This document shows, in pieces, positions 54,715 to 64,000 of a stretch of 64,000 nucleotides of DNA. The notes beneath the pieces are model-generated. The model made no database searches. It was not told the DNA's origin and saw only the letters and a program-made list of their open reading frames with translations. Source of the DNA: an uncultured bacterium (lineage in GTDB: Bacteria; Patescibacteriota; Gracilibacteria; Absconditabacterales; Absconditicoccaceae); contig CAMJDC010000001.1 in assembly GCA_946404285.1 (NCBI GenBank), forward strand, positions 4,068 to 68,067. The letters run 5' to 3'. A program made the translations under genes and the position numbers. Each line of letters opens with the position of its first letter. The first letter of the stretch is position 1.

Positions 54715-55812
54715 CTAATTCATAAGTTTTCAATTTTCATCATAATTCTTTTCTTCTACAAGCTCTCCATATTTAAAAGTAGCTTCTTGTAAGATTTTTC
54801 AATTTTCATAATATACTATGGCATTTCATTCTAATACTCAATTATTATAATTTCATCTTTCATATATATTTCAATTTTCATAATACTTAATAAATTCTCA
54901 GTTTGGTAATCAATTTGTAAAATATACCTCTTGTTCTTTTTGTCAATTTTCATAGAACGAAATTCGTTTACCGTTTTGTTCTCAATTTTTATAATAACCT
55001 ACCGCTCTCGTTTGTCATCATTCATGATAGAAAATCCAAAGTCAATCTTTCTGTCAGTTTAAATAATTTCCCTTATATTCAAATTGTCAGTTTTCACTAT
55101 ATTGAAAATATTTTCAATTTTCTAATCAGTTAGTAAATTCACATTCTACTGCAATTTGTCAATTTTCGTAATAATCTGTTTGCATTCCTTCATTCCTTCA
55201 ATTTTTGAAATATCTTTCTCGTTCCTTTTGTCAATTTTCATAGAATGATATTCGTTTACCATCTTGCTCTCAATCTATATAATTACCAATTCCTCTCATT
55301 TGTCATCCTTCATCATATCTAATCCAAAGTCAATTTTTTTGTCAATTTAAATAATGTCATTCATATTTAATTTGTCAATCTTCAAAATAAGCTATTTCTT
55401 CTCAGTTTTTTTTTCAATTTATATAATTTGTTTCTAATTCTATGTTTCAGTTTTTATAATAAAAATCCATTATTGTTTTTGCTTCTGATGTTTCTTTAGT
55501 TGTGATGGCTTTAAGCATAATCTGTCAATTTTCATAATAGGAATAACAATTTAATGTACTCCATTGTTCAGCTTTTGGATTCTTGATTAGATTTCCACTA
55601 ATATCATAGCATTCAAATCCTACTTCTGGATCAATATCCAATCATTCATAATCACCCATCATTCCATGATATTCTTGAATTTCTTGCTCAGGTTCCACAT
55701 TTACAACAACACCTTGATTGATTTCTCAATTTTTCATATTGAAGAATACAAATCATACAACAGCTATAATTAACACGGACGGAATTCAAATCCATAATAA
55801 CTTCTTTTTCAT
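54715..55812 (-). CDS. Membrane-anchored MORN-variant (YwqK-like) repeat protein
   Basis: N-terminal TM; repeats YYENGQ...G.Y.NG...G.W; internal duplication around 54930-55060 and 55220-55350. Confidence 0.85.
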
Positions 55813-55928
55813 TTTGTTTATAATTCTTAAATTAAAATTTATACACATATTATATATAAAATTTCTAAAAAGTCAAAAAAGTTGCCACATTTTTATGGCA
55901 ACCTTTAATATATAATAATTATCTAATT

Positions 55929-56552
55929 TTACTTATATTTTTCCTTTAATTTAGCGATTTTTTCAGCTTTTTCTTTAGCTTTAGCAGCTTCTCGTTCTGC
56001 TCTAATTTCTTCCTTAGTCTTAACTACTTCTTTCACTTCTTCTTTTTCTTCCTCTTTCTTAGCAGCTTTTTCATCCACTTCAGCTACGATTTTTACTACT
56101 ACTTCTCTTTTGAGATCATTGTAAGCGAAAGCTACTGGATAAGTTCCAACTTCATTCAACTTTTTCTTGAGTTTGAATAAGTGAGATTCAACTTCGATTC
56201 CGTAAACTTCCTTAATCTTTTCAGCGATATCGTTTTCATCAACTTTGGCATATAATGTGTTGTCTTTGTTTGCTTTTCTAGTAATTTCAATTCCACCATC
56301 TGCAGTGATTTTTGAGAACAAATCTTCAAGTGAAGCAGCTTTCTTTTCTCTGCTAGCTTTTGCAGCTTCCATTTTCTGAGCATAATTATTTTTTGCTTCT
56401 TTGTCTGCAAGAATTGCTATCTTATTTGGGAATAATACATTTCTAGCGAAAATAGGTTTAACTCTAACAATTTCATATTTTTCTCCCAAATGTTTGTCAT
56501 TTTGGAGCATAATAACTTCAATTGTTCTGTTTGCTGATAATCTTTTTGCCAT
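55929..56552 (-). CDS. rplI: 50S ribosomal protein L9 with charged C-terminal extension
   Basis: EVIML..DKHLG....V.VKPIFARNVLFP; C-domain LYAKV...DIA, VGTY. Confidence 0.9.
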   Translation of the reverse strand: MAKRLSANRTIEVIMLQNDKHLGEKYEIVRVKPIFARNVLFPNKIAILADKEAKNNYAQKMEAAKASREKKAASLEDLFSKITADGGIEITRKANKDNTLYAKVDENDIAEKIKEVYGIEVESHLFKLKKKLNEVGTYPVAFAYNDLKREVVVKIVAEVDEKAAKKEEEKEEVKEVVKTKEEIRAEREAAKAKEKAEKIAKLKEKYK

Positions 56553-56692
56553 CTCTGAGCACTAAAAAATAAAATAATTGTCAGTTTTGAGATATAATGA
56601 TTCTTTGAAAAAATGCAACGGTTTTTTTGCAAAAATAAAAATTTTGACTATAATTAACATGTCAGAAATTTTACTATACTTTGTAAAAACTT

Positions 56693-57475
56693 ATGGTGGA
56701 TACAGAAAAAACTGAAAATTTAAACAAAAAAGAACAGGAAGAACAAGCCATCGTTATGAAATATCTTTCTTTATTTAACGAGTTGGATAAATATTTTGAT
56801 ACATTAGTAGAAACTGATAGATTTATGCCATACAACGATAAACTTAAATGAATTAGTGAATGAAAATTCCCTATTTCTTGGTTTGTAAGACTACATTTAA
56901 GTGAATTGAAATATTTTTGAGAACTTAGAAATCATATTGCACACGGTTTGAAAGTGGATGAATATCTTTATGCTATTCCAACTGAACGTGCGATTGCTAA
57001 GCTTTCAGAATTTATTGAAAAGATTGTAGAACCTCCTTTGTGTATTGATTATTTCAGAAAAGAAGTTTACTGCGTTCATTTAGATGATAAAGTTTCAGAA
57101 GTTTTGAAAAATATAAAATCTGATTGATATACATATATTCCAGTTTATAATGATAGTGAAGAATTTCTATGAGTAATAACTGAAAGCTGAATCCTTCAAT
57201 GGATTGCAAATGAAATGTTGGATCAGAATTTTATAGATTTGTCCAAAGTGAGAGTGGAACATTTACATATTTCCACGGCAATTAAAGATTATATGTTTGT
57301 AAGTAGTAATATTAATATGTATCAAGCCGATGAAATTTTCACAACTAGAAAGAGAAAGTGAAAGTGACTTGGTGCAATGTTTATTACTAAGAATTGAACT
57401 TCAAAAGAAAAAATACTCTGAATTATGTCATGAAATGATATCGCATTAATCGATGATTTTGTAATGTGAGTTTAG
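56693..57475 (+). CDS. HEPN-like (RxxxxH) + tandem CBS domain protein
   Basis: FNELDKY...ELRNHIAHG; CBS pair IPVY..FLGVIT and MFITKNG...LGIMS. Confidence 0.78.
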
Positions 57476-57535
57476 ATATTTTACATTGACTTTTTCGTGC
57501 GATTTATTTATTAATTATGTACTGCTTTTACATCT

Positions 57536-58339
57536 ATGATTGAAATGGATTTAGATAAGAACAACAAATTAAAGAACACTCCTCAACCATCTAACAATGA
57601 ATCCGCAAATCAATCTGATTTAAAAAATGTTTTTTCTGAACATAAAAATAAAGAAATGATTGAAGAAGAATATGAAGCATTGTTCAAAAATATAGAATCC
57701 ATCGTTATAAGCAGTTTCTTAACAAAAGAATTTTATGAAAATTTACCAGATTGATCAAACCCTGAAATAGACAACATATGTAATCATTCAGCATCAGATA
57801 TAGAAAAAAGAGTAAAAAACTGAAAATGAATTCTATATATGAATCCATGTATTACTCAAACGTTATATTTTGTAAACAAACTAAAAAAAGAATTTCCTCA
57901 CTTATCTGAAAAGATGGAATTATGTGTTGAAATCTTAAAACTCACTAAACTAAACATTAACAGCGTTCACACATTCATCCAAATCAGAATGCCAAATAAC
58001 GAACCAATAATAATTGATTTTGCCCATGACAATGATGTTTATATTTACCAATGACCATACACAAACAAAAGTAGCCAAGCAATAATAACCGAAAGTACAC
58101 ATAGTATTCCTGTAAATTCTTTCACTAAAAACGATACTATTTTTGATATTGCTGTAAAAGGACATATGCTGAGCGAATGAGACTTTAATACTTCTTCACA
58201 AGAATTGCATAATAATTTTTTCTCGTGAATACTAAATTCAAGAAAGGAACAATTAAAATCTCATAACACTAAAGCTAGATTTGATAAATGGAGAAAAAAA
58301 AATAAAGAAGTCAGAGTTTTTAATCTATTACGTTCGTAA
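57536..58339 (+). CDS. Hypothetical protein, possible transglutaminase/papain-like Cys-His-Asp
   Basis: 267-aa ORF joining two track ORFs through TGA; MNPC...VHTF...IIDFAH. Confidence 0.65.
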
Positions 58340-58359
58340 TTTTAACTTTCCACTAAAAA

Positions 58360-58932
58360 ATGCAAAATCGAGATAATTTAATACAAATATTCCTAGAAAA
58401 AAATAAACAAATAAATCTATCTGCTATTCGTGACCCAGAATGAGTGAAAGTAAAACATATTCAAGATAGTTTAGAATTAGAAAAAATAATTGAATGGAAA
58501 GAGTGAATGAAGATTGCCGATATTTGAACAGGATGAGGTTTTCCTTTGATGCCTTTAGCGATTTCTCATCCAGAATGTAATTTTGTATGAATTGATTCTG
58601 TGAGAAAAAAAACTATCGCCGTTTGAGAGATTTTGGATGAATTGGGAGTAAAAAATGTAGAAATGATGCGAACTAGGATAGAAGATATTAAAAATCAGAC
58701 TTTTGATTTAGTCACAGCACGCGCCGTAGCTTATTCTGATAAATTATTAAATCGAGCTACTCCCCTCGTAAAAAAATGATGAAAGATTGCTTTAATGAAA
58801 CAAGTGAATGAAGAAGAAAGAAAAGTTTTATTGAATATAGCGAAAAAGAAAAAATTAGTTTTGGAAAAGGAATATAAATATAAATTATTTGACTGAGATA
58901 TCGATAGAATCATATATATTTTAATGAAATAA
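58360..58932 (+). CDS. rsmG: 16S rRNA m7G527 methyltransferase
   Basis: NLSAIRD, KHIQDSL, DIGTGGGFP, DSVRKK, VTARAVA. Confidence 0.94.
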
Positions 58933-58978
58933 AAAAAGTCCCCAAAAATTTGCATTTTTCTTATAAAGTGAATATAAT
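58932..58978 (+). promoter_or_regulatory. Pilus-operon promoter with upstream AAAAAAGTC element
   Basis: AAAAAAGTC-N9-TTGCAT-N17-TATAAT. Confidence 0.65.
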
Positions 58979-59012
58979 TGAGAGTAGAAATTTTATTCTT
59001 TTAGTTATATTC

Positions 59013-59564
59013 ATGGCAACACGTCAACAACAATCCTCGAATTACAAAACGATTTTTTGGGTGTTTCTCCTAATTACATTAATCGTATTTGCTTATCGGT
59101 GATATTTATTTCTATGAAAGAAAAACGTAGAAAAAAATATATCAGACATTCAAACCGAGATTTCTCAAGCTCAGAACAATTTAAACAGCTTTTCAGACAT
59201 TGAATGATACGATAAGCTAAAATATGTTCAGCAATTAGAAAACGATGCCAATATGATGCCTTGGTCTGATCACATTAAAGCTATTATGGCAATATTTGAT
59301 GATCTATTAGCCGTAGATAATTCTGATACTTTTAATATCGCGTTTTCAGATTTTGAAATCTCATTAGAAAGTATCCGTTTAAACTGATATGTAACCAATC
59401 TTCGTATATTATACCAATGATCTAATTGAAAACTTTGACTTATTCAAAGATTTGAAGAATTAGATTTCTTGGATGATATTGCTATCAAAACATACGAAAA
59501 ATCAGATGATGATTTTGGTTATAATTTTACTTTAACTGCTAACGTAATAAACAATGGAAAATAA
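59013..59564 (+). CDS. PilN-like alignment protein
   Basis: TM, coiled coil, PWS, IRLNG, NFTLTA; operon context. Confidence 0.65.
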
Positions 59565-60492
59565 TGAAATCATGCAGAGACTTCTACAAGAAGATTCTCA
59601 TTCAGATAATAAATCTGAAAACAAAATTGCTCAAAACTATAATTCTAACGAACTACCTATATCAAAAATCAGAGTTGTAACAGCAAAATACAAATTGTTC
59701 ACAGTTTTATTAATTATAGTAATCTGTGTATTGTGATTCGTAAAGATTCCACAATTAAAATCATCTTACGATGACAAACAAAACAAGTATCAAGAAGCAC
59801 AGTCTCAACTAAGCTCTGTCAATATCCAGATTAAAGAAGCTAAAGACAATAACAACTTTCGTCAAGAAATCGAAGATAACGAACAGGCTATCGTAGATTG
59901 TATCAATAACACAAGAACTTGTGCTCAACTACCTGATAATTTAAAAAGAAAAACTTGATCATGAGAAAGAGACTATTCTTATGCAATAGTTCCTGTTTCT
60001 TATCTACAAGTACACTCACTAAATGCCCCAAAAATGGCTGTAGATGAAAAAAGAATCCTTAGAAATTTGAATGAATACTTAATCAAACAAGAATTCTGAT
60101 GAAATCCTAAAGAAAGAGTTTGAGATATTCTAAGAATATCTATTTGAGATCCTGATGTTATATATAATAGTGATAACCATTTCTTTGAAGTTCCTTTAGA
60201 TCTTACAATTGAATTTGAAAATATAGATTGATTAATGGGATTCTTAGAAAACATTGAAAAGAAAATAATTGATACAACTGAGGACCGTATCTTGTATAAA
60301 GTTCAAGCTGTAACTTATGATATCATTGCAAATGATGAACCCCAAACAACTGATATTGAAATTCTTGCATACTATTATTTTGATGAAAAATTTGAAAAGA
60401 AAGCTGATGAAGAAAATACTGAAAATTTAGAAGCTGAAAATGAAGAAAATAACGATTCAGCTCCAATATCAGACATGATTAAAAATTCATAA
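59554..60492 (+). CDS. PilO-like alignment protein
   Basis: TM, coiled coil, VPLDLTIEF...LMGFLENIEK; overlaps the PilN-like gene. Confidence 0.65.
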
Positions 60493-60521
60493 AAATAATT
60501 TATCTTCACAAATCAAGTAAG

Positions 60522-61679
60522 ATGACTGAAAACACAAAAGATATTCAAGCATTCGAAGAATCCAACAGCGAATTTGGTTCCAACTTATGACCAATCGATA
60601 AAATCGTTGCTTATTTCTTAAATTCATCAGACAAAAGTACTTTCACATGAAAAGATAAAATTCTTTTCTACAAAGAATTAGTGTACATGACCAAAGGTTG
60701 AGTATCTCTAATGGATACGATGAAAACTATACAAAAAACATCTGATAATTGAGCGATAAGAAGAGTTGCTAGAGAAATCTCCAGATACTTAAATGAAGGT
60801 AAAGAATTATCTTATGCTATTGATAGATTACCTGAATATTTCAACGAATGAGACGCATCTATCATAAAGACATGAGAATCCAGTTGAAACCTACCTGAAG
60901 TATTACAATCATTAGCTGAAGAATACGCATATTTAAGCGACATTAAACAAAAATATATCGGAGCTATGACATATCCTGCAATCCTAATTGTCATTTCAAT
61001 TGCTGCTGTGATATATCTATTTGGATTCGTATTACCATGAATCTTTGATACATTAAGCGGATCTATAAGTGAATTACCTTGGATTACAGCAATATTAAAA
61101 GACTTCTCTGACGTAATTGTTGCATACTGGAAATACATTATACTTTTCCTTTTCCTAGGTATATTAGCAATAATAGCATACTGTGGTACTGAAACAGGAC
61201 AAAGAAGAATGTACAAATTCATGCTCGGTCTTCCTATTCTATGAAATATGACTAAATCATATTATCTAATTAAATGGTCTAGATACCTAAAACTTATGAT
61301 ATGAAGCTGAATGGATTACGTAGATACTTTCAGACTTTTGCGTGATATTTTGAAAATTCCTTTATATCAATCTATGATTGAACACGTATTATCTGATATC
61401 AGCATGTGAAAAAGTCTATACGAACCTATTAGTCAACATACAGACATCATCCCTTCTAGTGTATCTACATTAATGAAAGTTTGAGAAGAGACCGCTAACC
61501 TTGAAAATGCAATGCAAAACGTAATCGATATTTATCAAGAAGAATTAGACAATTCAATAAAGAATTTCTCTAAAGCAATTGAGCCTTTCATCTTAATCTT
61601 CGTATGATGAATAGTATTAATGATTGCTCTTTGAGTATTTAGTCTAATCTTTGCCGTAATGGATTCTGTTTCTATATAA
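60522..61679 (+). CDS. pilC: Type IV pilus/T2SS platform protein (PilC/GspF)
   Basis: GE.SG.L, AMTYP, VGEETANL, IEP; three TMs. Confidence 0.9.
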
Positions 61680-61711
61680 AATATTTTTTACTTCTTGAGA
61701 ATTGAAATCCA

Positions 61712-62281
61712 ATGAACATGAACTACAAGAAAATCAAGAAAAAGATATATGGATTCACTCTCATAGAGATGCTAATTGTTTTGATAATAATCTGAATTTT
61801 AACTGTTTTCTCTTTATGAGTATCTAATGATCAAGTACAAAAAGTAAGAAATAAAACCGTAAAAGAATCAATCCTTACAGAATGGTTATCTCGCTATTCT
61901 AGAAATCTATGATCATCCAGTTTTTCATGAACTATTTATAAACATATGGATATAGAGCTCTCATGATGAAGTAATGAAATCAAAGTTTGATATTATTTAT
62001 GAGATAATACTGATACTGAACTATTCTCAGGTACATTCACAAACAGATTCTCTATCGAAGGTATCACATGAGATGATGCCGCTCTAAATAATGTAAAATT
62101 AGAATATACTCCATACAGAATAGCATGCAAAATCAAAAATAATGGAACTGAATATAAGAAAATTACTGTAAAAATAAAAGTAAACGACCAAGAAAATGGT
62201 AACTATTGCTTTGAAGTAAATAAAAATAATTGTAGGCTAATAGAAATACCAGGCTCTATATGCTGAATTGAATCTATTTAA
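61712..62281 (+). CDS. Type IV pilin-like protein
   Basis: G|FTLIEMLIVLIIIGIL. Confidence 0.9.
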
Positions 62282-62303
62282 TTATTAAAAAATTACAATA
62301 AAC

Positions 62304-62957
62304 ATGAAAAAAGTTGCTGCATTTACATTAATTGAAGTACTAATTGTTATTGTAGTTTTTAGTATTGGAATTTTGACAACTTTTCACTGAATGACACAAA
62401 CTTTTAGAAATGAATCATATGCAGACACACAAATCAAATCAGCTTTTTTCGCACGTGAATGAATTGAACTAATGTTCAATCTTCGTGATGCAAACTATCA
62501 CAAAGAAGTACCTTGGAACTGTATTTTCAATCCTTACGCAGATACTAATGCAGAAATTACAGAAGAAAATTGAATAGAATCAGATAACCCATATTGTAGT
62601 GGTTATTTCAATACATGAATGATAATAAAAATCTGAATGTGATCATGAAATGAATATATTCATATAGAAACATGAACATTAAGTAATGATTTTGCTACAG
62701 ATTTCAGCTGATACCAAATTTATTACCACACATGATATTTAAGCGATGGAATAACATGATACTATTATAATCACACATGAACTGAAGACCAAAAAACAAG
62801 ATTTGCTAGATATATAGTAATTACATGAGTTACAGAAAACTGAGTAACCCTTCCTACTGGAAGCATACTAAAAATCGAATCCCACGTATTATATGAAAGA
62901 ATGTGAACTACATGAGAAAAAGTTATGGAAACATTTATGTGAAATTACGAATTTTAA
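62304..62957 (+). CDS. Type IV minor pilin (PilV-like)
   Basis: A|FTLIEVLIVIVVFSIG, AREGIE. Confidence 0.88.
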
Positions 62958-62979
62958 ATCTTAATCTAATCACAAGACT

Positions 62980-63639
62980 ATGAAAACAAAAGCTAAGTTA
63001 AAATGATTTACCCTAATAGAAATGCTAATCGTAATGGTTATCATTGGAATTTTAGCTGTAGTTTTAACTGAATCTTACATTACAATTTCAAAAATGGCTC
63101 TAAAAATTGAGCAAGAAAAAAACATTTCAGAAGAATCTTTAATGCTAACTCAGATTTTTCAATCTATTTCTGATGAAGCTACAATTGATTATGATGCTTA
63201 CAGCGGTAACTTAGATAAAAACAACTCATATTGATTCACATGAATTCTATACCTAACATGAGAACAACGATCATGAACAAAAATCTATTCTACATGAAAC
63301 TGTTTAGATTTAGATCAAAGTATCCGCATCGATGAAGACGGAAATCAAATAGGAGATATAAGAGAATATACTTGATGCTCATTAGTACTGGATAAAGACT
63401 GAGAGACTACACCTTTACTCTCAACAAACTGAAAAGTCATTCCTTCAAAAGTTATGTTCAAAATTATTCCATACGATAGCGATGCAAACTATTTTAGCGG
63501 AACAGAGACTCAAGTAATCAATAATTTACACCAACCATGATTCCGAGTCTTTATACATTTATATGCTCCTTTATACCAACCAACCTGAACAAATAAAATA
63601 GACGAACCTTTACAACTTTTCTTTAATCTAAATGTTTAA
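62980..63639 (+). CDS. Type IV minor pilin (PilW-like)
   Basis: KG(TGA)|FTLIEMLIVMVIIG; the cleavage-site Gly is a TGA. Confidence 0.88.
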
Positions 63640-64000
63640 TATCAAAAATCTCACAAAAAAAATCAAAAATAAAAAACTTAAAGGTAACATATCATTACTT
63701 GTGATTTTGATATTATTGGCTACTTCTGTAATCACATTATTATCAATCAACCAAATCATGCGTCTAATATCATACTGAAACCAGACTTTCAATTATTTCA
63801 GAGCATATTATCTCGCTAAAGCATGAACTGAACTATGATTAGCCGAAGTATATAATCGTGGAGATGGATTTAATAATAGAATTCCAAGTGATAGCTCTAT
63901 AGTATCATGAAATTTATTAGAAGAATATTCCGCATTCAATCCATATTTTGATACAACTATTACCTGAAGTTTTATTACACTAACAGATGATATTAGAAAT
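63632..64000 (+). CDS. PilX-like minor pilin, truncated by window end
   Basis: KG|NISLLV (no Glu5), RAYYLAKAGTE. Confidence 0.75.

Noticed and set aside
54715-55812. YwqK antitoxin of a toxin-antitoxin pair
   Set aside because: Has an N-terminal TM and no adjacent toxin; better described as a MORN-variant surface protein

Overview
AT-rich chromosomal window from a CPR/Patescibacteria bacterium, most likely Absconditabacterales (SR1). The supplied ORF track uses the wrong genetic code. TGA is read as Gly: it occupies invariant Gly positions and swaps synonymously with GGA between paralogues. CGA and CGG are read as Trp: they align with TGG in paralogues and with conserved Trp in DnaA, MraY, ABC proteins and MORN repeats. 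Re-read this way, the window is densely coding, about 55 CDSs ending in TAA/TAG. Housekeeping genes: recJ, gatA, murA, ychF, prfA, tgt, gyrA, glyA, dnaA, lexA/recA, elp3, mraY, ftsH, rplI, rsmG. Also present: three TrbC/VirB2-like pilins, a type IV pilus operon, three cell-wall enzymes, an ABC exporter split by a tandem HD pair, and several orphans. Most unusual items: (1) a circularly permuted GT4 glycosyltransferase whose new inter-domain linker is an in-frame GC-rich palindromic element; (2) two TGA-free, SD-led ORFs whose first TGA looks like a stop, a possible standard-code island; (3) a fixed-spacing promoter element AAAAAGT(C/A)-N9-(-35)-N17-TATAAT seen six times; (4) a structured ncRNA candidate; (5) a candidate LexA operator; (6) GyrA without a GyrA-box. 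No rRNA, tRNA, CRISPR array or transposase was recognised. All translations and coordinates were done by hand; family assignments rest on motif recognition, not database searches.
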